From contig CM041465.1 in assembly GCA_023213395.1 (NCBI GenBank), positions 36,277,741 to 36,341,740 of the forward strand: a stretch of DNA of 64,000 bases, read 5' to 3'. The notes beneath the pieces were generated by a model, which was not told the DNA's origin, ran no database searches, and saw only the letters and a list, made by a program, of their open reading frames with translations. Shown piece after piece: positions 52,001-64,000 of this stretch. Numbering within the stretch: the stretch's first letter is position 1; every line of letters begins with the position of its first letter. This DNA comes from Cycas panzhihuaensis (lineage: Eukaryota > Plantae > Cycadophyta). The translations under genes were made by a program, and so were the position numbers.

Positions 52001-53088
52001 CCATCCCTAATGGTTACTTTATGATTTACTTACCACATCTTATTGAACTATTCCAACTATCCTATTATGTGTTTTGATACACCTAAATCAATGATCCATA
52101 CATCTAGTATAATAGAACCTATTTTGTATGTTACAATAAACAATTGTATTGTGATTATATTAGATGTCTCTTTAACTTAGTCCATTATATGACCACATTA
52201 TCTAGGTGGTTGTTATTATCATTATCATTATTTTTATTATTAGGGTTGATTATAAAGCTATTGAAAGTATTGTTATTTCTGCCATACCCAATATTCCTTT
52301 TTGAGGCATCTTAACTTCCTATAATAATAACATTTTAACATGTATTATCCCTTTGATGCTCCTAGTTTTCTCTTTTGAATTATAATTTCAGAATATGCAT
52401 TCTTCCTTAGAATATAAGCCTATTTACCTTTAATTTTGATGTGAGTACTTGAGAAGATTCACTTTGCATGTGCTTCAATTTTTACTCATGTTCCATAAGC
52501 AATAATTCCAAAGATCTAATTGTCATAGTAGATAATTTGTCAAATAAAGTCAGTGTAGTTGTGAAATTCTTGTATAGGAGCAGTAGACTCCTTATCACAT
52601 AGGCTATAATTTTTGAATTAAGAATGATCATCCCAATTATTAACAATTGATCTTAAATTAATCTAATATCTCTCATGAGATCTACTATGTCTCCACTCAT
52701 CTTTAGTGTGTATAAATGGCTTTACAAGTTTAGGGCTTTCAGGTCATCCTTATATTCAAATATATTCATAATTATGTCACACATCTACTTCGATGTAGTA
52801 ACATCCTTGATGTTCAAAATGATGGTGCCATTAATTGATAAGCTAAGAAATCTTATTATTATTCTTATCTTTGATTGATACTCAATATTAAAATCAACAT
52901 ATATTTTTAATCCATTTTTAAAATCAATGATCTCATTAACATCCTTTCCCACTAGAGAATTATCAACATACTTCTAGAGATCATTGAAATGAAAGAAACT
53001 ATATATATGATGTTTGTAGATTATATAATTTTTTAAGACCAGTCAGTTTTTTTATGATAGTTCCCATTATGCTTCCTCGAAAAGCCAT
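49027..53088 (-). pseudogene. gag-pol: Element G: decayed Ty1/copia gag-pol (gag, PR, INT, RT, RH) with PPT
   Basis: Minus-strand motifs: gag N-terminus near 53040-52960; WIIDLGVSKH (~52090); YQIDVKSAFFN (~50180); ELANIFTKPLA (~49110). PPT complement cttctcctta at 49027-49036 follows an LTR end tatcaaca at 49026. Confidence 0.88.
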
Positions 53089-53349
53089 TTTAACCCAAAT
53101 AATTAAATAGAGATGATTAAAAAATAACTAAATAAGCATTAAAATGAAAAAAAGAAAGTCATAAATGATGTTAATCTATATGCAAATAGTTGGCGTGATT
53201 ATTTTTACTACCTCGATTTACTCACAAGTCTCCAAAATATACTAAAAAATATAAAAAATTATTTTTTCACTAAAAATTTATACTAAATTATTATATATGA
53301 CCACTACTAAATCGTAGATCTTAAAACATTATGTGTCATGGTATATTTA

Positions 53350-53718
53350 TATTAGTGATTAGTATGTGCAAGTACGATGGAAGGATGTGTCCATTTGTAA
53401 AAATACATGTTGAAGAGGCATGACTATACATAGTACCATTTTGAGGTATATTTATTCATACCTCCTTGGTATCCCAATTATTAACTCAAGATCAATATGA
53501 TCTCATCATCTTCTCATGCCCCATCTCATCTCTGAAACACTGTGTATTATTTTATTTTTAATATATCAAATATTATGTTGGTGGACTTCTCTCTCAAGAG
53601 TTTCCCACAATATATTTGGTGTTTGAGTCCTCTTGTGCATGATCCTGGCATGCAGTAGTCTCTGCCTTTAGTTGGCTTGACACCTAACCTGTAATCTGCA
53701 TATACACATACTCTCACA
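53350..53718 (+). repeat. Element H 5' LTR (369 bp; ~46 bp shorter near its start than the 3' LTR)
   Basis: Direct repeat of 57715-58129. Confidence 0.92.
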
Positions 53719-54672
53719 TGGTATTAGAGCCTAAGGAATGATTCTAGAACTCAGATCTGAGACTAGAAACAAGTGAATTTATCACTAACCAATCATATTC
53801 AAAGATTGGAGATCATAGATCGAGTTAACACTAAGTGGCTATCTAGAGTTGAAAAACACATTGGGCATCTCATATGCTTGTGGCACCTATACTAAAAAAT
53901 GAACAATGAAGTTTGATGTTAACATAATCCATATAATAACATTGGGCTTATATTAGGATGATAAAGGTGATCATGACCAAGTTTAAGAGAGATCTGGCTC
54001 ATCTGACTTCATTTTGAAATGATAAATAAAGAAAAGGCTTCAGATTAACTTGCAAATAATCAAAACTAATTGTGCTAGTATCTAAAGTTATTTGATAGTT
54101 TAGAATCACTTATTAGAGGTCTGCATGGCCTATTAACTTCACACAACTATGGAGACCATTTCAAACATTACAACAATAAAAGTTAGAGCTATATTAAATG
54201 ATATCAATCTCTAAGGTTGAAATTTAACAAGTTATTTGAAGAAATCATGATCAAAGCTTAATTAAATATTGATTAATCAACCATAGCTTTTAATTCAATG
54301 TATGCGAGTTGATAATAAACTATAGAAGATGTAGGACAATCATGTATACTAGTCACAACCACACAATTGCAGATATTACTCATTTTACATATGCAACTTG
54401 CAGTCATAGTTAGCATCAGCATTTGTGCATGAACACAAAATTGTGTTGAAAATCAATCGTGTAGATCGATATTATAGGTACCTGCTGATTTAATTTTATC
54501 TGCAACTCATCATGGTCATTCAAAGCAGCCACATGAATAATAAAATATTCAAATGTTTGTTCCATTAAACATTTGATCGATTAATTAAACAAGCAGATCA
54601 AAAATTTTGATGTTCAGCCACTACCATTTTCAATCGCGTTAATTTATAATATTGATTGATATATATCATATT

Positions 54673-54674
<2 letters not shown>

Positions 54675-54759
<85 letters not shown>
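54675..54759. repeat. Compound (AT)n(AG)n microsatellite
   Basis: Direct reading. Confidence 0.98.
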
Positions 54760-54761
<2 letters not shown>

Positions 54762-55246
54762 ATTTATTTTATAACACACACGGTGAAATAATATATGATT
54801 TAATTGATCAAATGATTTTAAAATGCATGCAATGAAATATTAATCATATACAATTTTATCTGATAACTTTTTTAAGAAAATAATATTCTATTAACTATTA
54901 TGAGTTTAATATTTGAGTGAAAACTTTAAAAAAGGGTAATTTAAAATGTTTTATTACATTTATTTGAAAACTATTCATCCAAATTTGGCCTAGTTATATG
55001 CGAAGTTCATGCAAGATAAGAATGCAAACTTTGTCAAGAAGCATATTGGTGCTAAAAAGGCATCGTTTAATACTTTTTTTACTTCAGTTGGTGTTAAAAT
55101 AATGCATATTATCTATGGAGAATGCATCAAACTTATCTTAGTAAAGTGATACATGAAGCAATGAATTAAGCTTCATAAAGTATTAAAATAATACTTATCA
55201 TCGTGATTGGTAATCAAGTGGAAGAGAACTCTAAGTACTTGTAAAC

Positions 55247-57620
55247 ATGGACCGAAAAATAACCCTATTGTTGTAAGTAATCTTTGATGGCACCAATTTT
55301 AAGGAGTGGAAGTCCAACATAGAATTTATGTTGATGGTCCAGGAACATTGGGGCCTAACTTATGAGGCTCCACCCAAGAAAAAGGAAGGGGAATCTCATG
55401 TTGCACTAGATAAACTCACACAAAGAAAGCATCTTCATGCCACCAGTCTACTGAAACTCTTGCTTACCCCAAATCAAAGAGTGCTCATCTATAAATTAAA
55501 TATATCACACGATATTTGAAAAACCCTTTATGACATACTTGAACAAAAGAAGACAAACCATTTGGTTGTCTTATTAAGGGAACTATTTAATTCCTACATT
55601 AAGGATGAGAGCAACATCAACACCTACTTGAATAAGTTTATTGATATCAGGAATAAGCTGAAGGGAATAGAAGTCCTAATTAGTGATAAAATTCTATTCA
55701 CAATTGTTATGAACAAGTTACCAACAACTTACAACACCTTTTATACCATGTATAACGTTGACGAGATGTTGCAAGTTACCTTGTTTCAAAAGTTGAAAGA
55801 GCTACTTCTTGTAGAGGAAGCTAAGCTCAAATATCACGAGTTTGTAGTTTCAACTGATACTAGTCATGCCCTATCCTTAAAAGTTTAGAATAATAAAGAT
55901 GAAGATAGGGATAAACATTTACATGAAGAGGTCATTCATAAAGGGAAAAAGAAGAAATATAATGGTTCATATACTTACTACAAAAAGATGGACCACTGAG
56001 AAAAGGATTGTTGGGTAAGGAAAAAGAACTTAAGGCAGACCAATGGAAAAGAGAAAATTACAACCTATTGTATGTGAGTATTAATTAACTCGAGTGTACA
56101 ACAATATATCTCTCCTAAAAGGCAGAGTTTTTATGTGTTGAACTAAGATCTTTTCTAGACGAATGTCATATTCGATAATGTTAATGCGGTACCAATCAAA
56201 AATGCCAAAACAGTCACAATGAAAGGTGGTTGTCTTAAGAAGGTGCAGTACATGCCTAGAATAAATCAAACTCTTCATTATACTTAAGATACTTAAGTAT
56301 GATTTCCCAAAGATAAGTCAAAAGTGAAAGATAAAGTGATAGATAAAAAAGTATATGAAAATCAAATAAATTTCTTAAGGAGTAATTGTGGAAAAGTTAA
56401 TGACAATCACATTTCTAAGTTTTGTTCTAATCATGGTATTGAGTTAATCCCATATGATGGAGTTACCACATGGAAAATCAATACCTTGATCGACATGGTA
56501 TTGTGTAAGGTGCAAACACAATATATCCCATTCAACTTTGAGACAGAAGCTGTGAGAATTGTTGTTCACAATGTGAACTAGATTCCAATCTCTACAGTTC
56601 AAAGTGTGATGCCACAAGAAAGATGGACCAGTTGAAAGCCTTCCATTAAAAAAATCTTAGAGTACGTCAAAGATGCACTAATCTCTAATAAAAGGATGAA
56701 GAAATCCGACCATAGTTACAAAAGCACTTTTGTTGGATACTATGGAAATAATCATGGACTGCGAGATTTAGTGATGCAAAAGTTTTTTCATTGTTAGGAT
56801 ATAAAAATCAATGAAGCATTGACATACTAGTTTAGTAAGCCTCTGCTAACAGATGTTTATTACCCCTCTTCATGAAATCTCCTAATCCTACAAACGTTAA
56901 GCTCTACGTGGAAGATGAAATTAAAGGTAATGAAAAATACTAGTTACTTATTGAGGAGATAATAACCTTCTCTAAACAATTATTGGTTGTAACTAAGGAT
57001 GTAACATAAAGGGTGATTGAAACTCAAACTACTAGTTGACTTCAAATGATGAAAGTCATTCACTCCCACAATCCTAATTTATTATAGCAAATGAATCCTT
57101 CTTGGAAAGCAATTATGGAGGAGGAAAATATTTTTTACATGGAAATATCCCTTCTATTTAAATTCACCCTAAGATGATGATTGTACATATTGATTAAAAG
57201 CTAGTAAATAGGTCAAATATAATAGTTGCACTCAGTGGAGGGTCATATTGAAATAATGTTTAGTCTTTATTTCCTAACCTAGACTTGGGGAGATTATATC
57301 AAGCACAAACCTATGAGGTCATTAAGAAAGGACAAGATCAATAATTATACCAATTGAATTGCACTAATGGTACATACACTGTGTTTGATTTAGACTCATC
57401 TTCGGTTGATGGAATATTATGACCTGTGGAAGAAGCTCTTAGTTTAGGGGAAGAGTACTTAAAAGATCAAGTATCAACATCAAAAGCAAGATACCGGTTG
57501 ATTGTTCAAGAGGTGTTTAATGAAAGCAAGCTTCAAGTGGAATCTTCTTTGACCACTGACTAGGTTACAAATAATTTCACAAAGTTGTTGGATGAATGTC
57601 ACCAGTCAACACTCAATAAG
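55247..57620 (+). pseudogene. gag-pol: Element H gag and fragmented pol
   Basis: FDGTNFKEWKSNIEFMLMVQEHW; ORF 55562-55888 (UBN2-like gag); degenerate zinc knuckle ~55970-56012; integrase fragment 56324-56581; RNase H end (*VTNNFTKLL) ~57570. Most of PR and RT is missing. Confidence 0.8.
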
Positions 57621-57714
57621 ATCATCCTTGAGGGGGAATTAGTCTATAAGGACAAATCTCCTAACTAATGGAGCAATTATTTTTGCTTCATCCCCTATTC
57701 ACATTAAAGAGGGA

Positions 57715-58129
57715 TATTAGTGATAGTTAACTTAGGTTAAGTATGACGTAATGCTTAATTAGGGTTAATTAGTGTGTGTAGGTGTGATGAAAGGATATGT
57801 CTATTTATGAAAAGACATGATGAAGAGGCATGACCATACATGGTACCATTTTAGGGTATATTTATTCATACCTCCTTGGTATTCCAATCATTAACTCAAG
57901 ATCAATGTGATCTCATCATCTTCTCATTCTTCATCTTACCTTTAAAACATTATGTATTATTTTATATTTAATATATCAAACATTGTGTTGGTGGATTTTC
58001 TCTCTCAACAGTTTCCCATGATATATCTGGTGTTCGAGTCCTCTTGTGCATGATCCAGGCATATAATAGTCTCTGTCTCTAGTTGGCTTGACACCTAACC
58101 TACAATCTGTATATACACATACTCTCACA
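57715..58129 (+). repeat. Element H 3' LTR (415 bp)
   Basis: Direct repeat of 53350-53718. Confidence 0.92.
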
Positions 58130-58894
58130 ATTTACTTTCTAAAAACTAACTTTAGATGGTCCAAAATTAGCTCTAGCTCTTAAAACACCACGTGACTGGG
58201 GGCTCGCAGGTAAGGGGCTTCATGCTAAACTCTAAATCAAAACCTAATTGAGTTTAATATCACTTAATCTTTAAAAAATATTATATATATTTTATCTTAA
58301 GTTCAATATGGAATATTCAAAAAAATAATATAGATGTCATTTAAACTCTCCACAAAAATCATTTTTTCTAATAAATGAAGTCATTTTTTCTCAAAATAAC
58401 TTTACCATTACACCATTAGGCTATCAAGGATTAGAATGATAAGTCAACGTTAGGGGTTTCATCACATCTTTCATGATTAAGCATGTAAAAATAGTCATCT
58501 CTATCCTACATTCACGATTTGCTTTCTATAATTAAAATTTTATAATTGAGAGCAGATTTGGCCTTGGTATTATTAATACTTTATGCATGTTATCTTATTA
58601 GCCCTACAATAGGTTTGCATGTGACGTATATTGAGCTCTAGTCTATTGAGCATTCTTTATACAATGTTTTAAAAGGTTTAAGCACCCTTTCTTCTTTGTT
58701 CACCTTCAATTTGCTTCATATGCTTGCCTAATGCTTATGAAACTCTTGTATTATTGTTTAAGATAGATTTGATGTGTACTCTATGATTTGATTAACTTAA
58801 AAAAAAAAGAAGAAAATCTTCTTTTTTGTGTTCACTTAGCTGTACGACTCTCCATAGTTGTATACACTTAAAAAACTCATATTTCCTTTATTTG

Positions 58895-59260
58895 TGATGG
58901 GGTTAATGTTCCTCACCTAACTCCCACCTTAGAAACATGTGAGCACATACATGGTAAGTTAAGGTAAGGTTATTTTGTTGTGCATTGTCATTATTTTATA
59001 TTATTTTGAATTGGAGGATGAAGATGTTTTCCTCCGTCCTCAAAAGTATATATCTTATGGGGTTCTAAACCCTAGTGTTCTTCAACACCACCAATTATTA
59101 GAAATTTGATGTACTCTCTTCACAATGGATTAATGCTATGCTATTTCATAAGTGTATTTTGAATATGGCTTGAGTTATATGCTCTTTTGATCATTTCTAA
59201 TACTGTATCAGAGTACTTTGGTCAATTCTAACATGGTCTTAGAGTGTAGATCTTGGCCAC
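58895..59260 (+). repeat. Element J 5' LTR (right boundary ambiguous, 59233 or ~59260)
   Basis: Direct repeat of 63349-63716. Tandem PBS units blur the end. Confidence 0.85.
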
Positions 59261-61784
59261 CTATATCAGAGCATTGATCTACCTTCATGGTAAGCATTTA
59301 CATTGATATTTTGTTAGTTTTATAAAGTTTATTAATATTTTTATATAGTTTTTTTATTAATATTTAGCTATTTTTATACGTATGATCTATTTAATCACTG
59401 GTTTATTTAGATTTTATAGCTATAGTGTATGCATTTACCCAATCAATCATTTGGTGTAATTATTTTAAAGCTTCATTTGATATTTTTCAAGATTTTAATC
59501 ATTTTTCATCAAATTTTTAAAGGATTTTTCAAGTTCCTAAACTTTGGCAGGCTGGTGTGATCTCCACACTGCTCATAACCATATCAAGTGACAACTCGTT
59601 GGATTCATCTTTGAGTCCTCTATGCTCCAAAAAAGACGGTTTGAAAAATTGTTGCTCTTACGATGAGTTATAACTCCCGGAAGCCCAGTGTATCTTGTTG
59701 CTTGTTGAAACCCCCAAGCATTAAAGTTGAAATTGCTTTATTTAGCTTTGTTTCTCACTAATTTCTTTTGAAGCTTGGTAGTAAGGCATTTTTAAAACTA
59801 TAGAATCTGCTCGTGACATCTTTTCAGCCTTGTTTCAGTTGTACAACCCCTATACCCTCTATAGTATCTTAATTTTTGGCAAGTTTATTCTCAGTCTATG
59901 CTTATCCATTTCTTATGAAATTTTAGAGGCACCTCGACATTAATAAGAGCAAGCTACCCCTCAAATTTTGTCATGTTTCATGACCCTAGTGAGTAGAATG
60001 AGCTCCTGGAGTGACCACTATCCATGCACCCTTCATTTATGTTATTTTTCAATATTATATATTAAAAAATCATTTTTTCTAAAAACATTCTCATCAACCT
60101 CTATCTCAGATCGACAACACCTAACCTCATTACATTTTTTTATCAAATTCAAGCTCATTTACATTAGTTTTTTGTGTCAAAATTGCTCTCTGCATCCTCT
60201 GTCTGCCATGTGACCTACATGGGCTTCTTTTCATAAAAAAGCCCATTTGTTTTCAAAGTTTTTTTTCTCTTATCTTTATTATGGATCTTCTATGCCCCCC
60301 TCCACAGTGATCTTAATTGAGATTTAGCTTGTCTTCATCAAATTTTCATCGTAAATACGTCTCTACTCTTCATTATTTTTACAGCTATTAAAACTTCGTT
60401 AAAACTCTTTTTTATTTTTTTCATATAGTTCAATTTAATTTAATCCTTTTGGATATTGTTTTAAATCCAGTGTGCTTTTAAGGCTTAAGCCCCCTCAAAT
60501 CAACTAGCCCTTGGTCCTGTTTAGTCTCCACATGACCACGATCTTCAGCGGACCTCAAATATCATTAAGTTCTTTTAGAATTTTTTTGCATTTTCAAAAA
60601 TATATTGAATATTTGATAGTTTTTTGAGATTTGGGCCCCCCTTAGGGTTATAGACACCAGTCCCGTGGCTTTTCATATGACTAGCAACCTATTTCAAAAG
60701 GGGTTAAATCTCAATATATTTATTTTTTTATTTTTTACCTAAAGAGGATTGTTTATGTTTTCAACCATATCTCAGTGCTGGGGAGTCAAAATTTCAATCT
60801 ATTGGACTCATTAGATTCATGACTCAGAGCTTTATAGCTTAGAGTCCTGAGCCATTCTTTGTAAAGTTTGGTTAGGTCAAAGTTGACCCTCATTTATTAC
60901 TCATATTTCATTAGCTATAAACAAGTCTCTTCACCGTTTTATTAATAACATGAGTTCTATAATTCTATTTCTTGAGCTGTCTAAATCGTTAGAAAAGTTT
61001 TTCATAGCTCTTCACAATAAAATAGGTTTCATCTCATTCTAACATCATTTTTTAGGTCATTAAAACTTCTAAAATGAAGTCTTTGTTTCAATCATAGTTA
61101 AACACTTTTGGAGATATTTTAAGCTAAATTTTCTTTCAAATTGAAACATTTGATTGATATTTATATACTAACTGATTATTAATGATATTTACTAGTGCTT
61201 ACAAGATTTACAAGCTATTTTATAGCCTTTTTAGCATCTTTTTTGGTTTTTTGAGCAACAAGAGCTCTATTATATTCAAAAGCTATAAACAATATCTCTT
61301 ACCTTATTATTTTCTTTCTATTACATCTAAAAGTGAATCTAAGTGACTTTCTTACTTGTTTAAGGAGTTTTCTTTGAGTATTTATGCTTATTTAAGGCCA
61401 TTTACCTTCTTGAATACTTCAAAAGGTACACCTTGTTTACAAAAGAATCTAACTAAAGAGCTCATGTTTATTTCATTTACAATATATCTAGAAATATTTG
61501 TAAGTGATTTTATGCACTTTGAGCTCATTATTTTATAAGTTGAAGTAACTTTTATTTGTCTTAAGGCCTTCATATTTCTTAAAGCTTCATAAGTGCACTA
61601 TTGCATAGTTACAAGCTATTTCTACCTTTAAGGCTTATTTTATGCAAGAATATTATTGCATCTTTATATACACCATCTTTCATTATAAGGTCTCTTACAT
61701 TCATCTTTATTGGAAAAGATTATCAGTTAAATATTAGCCTTCATTTCAAATCTAATTTACTTTAAGCATTATTTAATTATCTTG

Positions 61785-61895
61785 TTGAAAGAATATTGGT
61801 TAGCTATCTTGATTGAAAAGTATTGGAATACTTGAAAAGTTATCTCCTTGATTGAAAGAGTATTTAAGCATTTGAAAAGATCATCTCCTTGATTT
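61785..61895. repeat. Degenerate ~39-bp tandem repeat inside J
   Basis: Repeated ttgaaaag...atctccttgatt units. Confidence 0.6.
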
Positions 61896-62689
61896 ATTTT
61901 GCTTATACCGTCTTATTGATTCATTAAATATAATCTCATTAAAGGTGCATATAGTCTCATTGAAAGTTGATTTACTTTTTTAAGGAGATTCTTCATTTTA
62001 AAAGACAATAGTTGAATAAGAAAACCTTCATCTTATTTTTTGGTTAAGCTACTTTGTATTAAAGCATTCATTTAAAAGATCATATATATATTTTTCAGGT
62101 TTCTTTCTTTCTAAACAAGTTATTTACTTTATGTTTTGAGGAGTACATTTCAGGATTATTTGTATAATTTCCTTGATTTAAATGACTAATTTAATGGCTA
62201 CTTATCCTTGATAAGGAATTGAAATTGGAAGATCATTTTGCTCCATTTCAACATTAAAAAGTATTTCATGTTGCACATCATTGTATATGATTATTTAAAG
62301 GCATATTATTCCATTTTAAGCTCACTTTTGAAGTCTTATGAGAATTAATTTACAAGTAACATTCATTGAAAGGAGATACTTTCTATTATTATCAAGTTAT
62401 TTCTAATTTATGAAAATAATTATTTAAAAACTTATTATATACTTCAAGTTCTTTGACTCTCATGTAAAAGGTATATTTAGATTAAGTTAAGGCCATCTCC
62501 ATCATATTTGAAAGCTTACACTACACTACATTATATTATATTGCTCATTTGAAATGATTATCTATCATTTATTTATCTCATTTCAAAAGAAAAATATCTA
62601 TCTTACATTGATTAAGGAGATATACCTCTTATTTCATTAGGTGTTATGATTCATTGATTATAATGGTAATGATTGATAATAATACTAAG

Positions 62690-62945
62690 TTTCCCATATT
62701 TGATGAGACCAATTTTTAGATTTGGAGATATATGTTAAAATCACACTTTATTGTAAATGACCTTTAGAAATTCGTAGAACATGATTACCTAATGAATGAA
62801 CTAAATTTTAGAGAAAACTTTAAAAAGAATAATGAAGCTCTAACACTAATGCTTTGTACCATAAATAATAATGTACTTACTCATGTTTATAATATGAATA
62901 CATCTAAATCTGTTTGGGATACCCTCGATTCACTTTATATAGAAT
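62690..62945 (+). pseudogene. gag: Copia gag N-terminal remnant in J
   Basis: FPIFDETNF*IWRYMLKSHFIVNDL*KFVEHDY...KNNEALTLMLCTI...TSKSVWDTLDSLY. Confidence 0.8.
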
Positions 62946-63348
62946 AAACTTTTGATTTAAGTAAATTTAACTATATTGATAATATAATGGATACTTCTTG
63001 ATGAAAAATCTAATGTAACATATAATGTTAAATATTCTAATAAGATTGATGAATATAATGATGCATTTGACAATGCTTCATGTACATCTGACCCCATTGA
63101 TCCTCATCAAAAGGATGAACTTAAAAATGAAGACACTCATATTTATTGGAAGCAACTCACACCACATTTAGATTATAATTTGTTGAAGACTATATGGAAA
63201 GGACAATGGTGCAAATTGATGACCACTTCAAAGTTGATGATGAAGTTATAAGATATGAGCATAATTCATTTTTTAAAGTATTCATAAAGCATTTATACAA
63301 GTTCAAGGATAAGTAGAATACGAACATGATAAACATTAAGGGGGAGTA

Positions 63349-63716
63349 TGATGGAGTTAATGTTCCTCATCTAACTTCCACCTTAGAAACATGTGAGCAC
63401 ACATATGGTAACTTAAGGTAAGGTTATTTTATTGTGCATTATCATTATTTTATATTATTTTGAATTGGAAGTTGAGGGGTTTCCCTCCTTCTTCAAAAGT
63501 ATATATCTTATGTGATTCTAAACCTTGGTATTCTTCAATACCACCAAATATTAGAAATCTGATGTACTCTCTTCATAATGGATTAATGCAATGTTACTTC
63601 ACAAATGTATTTTGGATATGGCTTGAGTTATATGTTATTTTGATCAATTATAATACTATATTAGAGCACTTTGGTCAATTCTAACATTGTATCAGAGCTG
63701 TGATCAAATTCTAACA
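63349..63716 (+). repeat. Element J 3' LTR (368 bp)
   Basis: TG..CA ends, preceded by PPT and followed by TSD ATTTG. Confidence 0.9.
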
Positions 63717-64000
63717 ATTTGCTGATTCAACTAGATTCTTTAAGTCTTTATGAGCTGGATGCCTATGTCCATAGGTGATTTTGAGTTTGATTGATCTATT
63801 TTTAAGCTTCTAAACTTTTTTGTAGGTCTCTCATAAACATACAGATTACATGGCTACTACACTTTAAAAAAATTTTAATTTTTTTATAATATTTATAACC
63901 TTACTTTATGTATTTTAGGATAGTCTTTAAGAATATACCCTTTTTAATCTTTGTGCTCCTTCTTAAAGTTTGTAAATTAAGCCTTTTTAATATATTTCAT

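Larger units (their letters stand above)
53350..58129 (+). mobile_element. Element H: internally deleted Ty1/copia element inserted upstream of G's gag
   Basis: LTRs 53350-53718 and 57715-58129; perfect TSD ATTTA (53345-49 and 58130-34); PBS TGGTATTAGAGC 53719-53730; PPT aaagaggga 57706-57714. Confidence 0.93.
58895..63716 (+). mobile_element. Element J: non-autonomous Copia-derived (LARD-like) LTR element
   Basis: LTRs start tgatgg.gttaatgttcctca at 58895 and 63349; perfect TSD ATTTG (58890-94 and 63717-21); PPT aagggggag 63338-63346. The ~4 kb interior is mostly non-coding. Confidence 0.9.

Noticed and set aside
58135-58890. 5' LTR and PBS of Copia G
   Set aside because: Only a doubtful PBS-like string near 58176-58190 and no visible match to 48721-49026.
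59188-59300. CRISPR-like periodic repeat
   Set aside because: The units are LTR-end/PBS copies without unique spacers, there are no cas genes, and the context is a eukaryotic retroelement.
63687-64000. Start of a further tandem element after J (PBS at 63687)
   Set aside because: TSD ATTTG at 63717-63721 places this PBS copy inside J's 3' LTR.

Overview
This is AT-rich, CpG-poor eukaryotic DNA, almost certainly from a land plant and plausibly a gymnosperm (inferred from the retrotransposon lineages present). I found no intact host gene, RNA gene or CRISPR array. The window is a stack of nested, decayed LTR retrotransposons. Element A is an old plus-strand Tat-type Ty3/gypsy element (~7.7-38.1 kb) with an extra archaeal/plant-type RNase H downstream of its integrase. 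A carries several insertions: a probable solo LTR (11385-11819); element B (minus, 14852-22513), which holds an RT-deleted Copia (C) with a prion-like Gag repeat; and a Reina-like chromovirus D (minus, 23450-36493, TSD TGATT), which holds a CRM-like chromovirus E (minus, 29081-35995). A ~3.2 kb Tat-type LTR (38162-41379) is followed by a second Tat gag (F). To the right are a PBS-led cargo region with faint PPR-like remnants (K), a decayed minus-strand Copia (G), a deleted Copia H (53350-58129, TSD ATTTA) and a non-autonomous Copia derivative J (58895-63716, TSD ATTTG). J's LTRs contain tandem copies of their own LTR-end/primer-binding-site junction. All coding regions carry stops or frameshifts, dominated by C>T/G>A changes. 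Coordinates were read by eye; domain boundaries are approximate.
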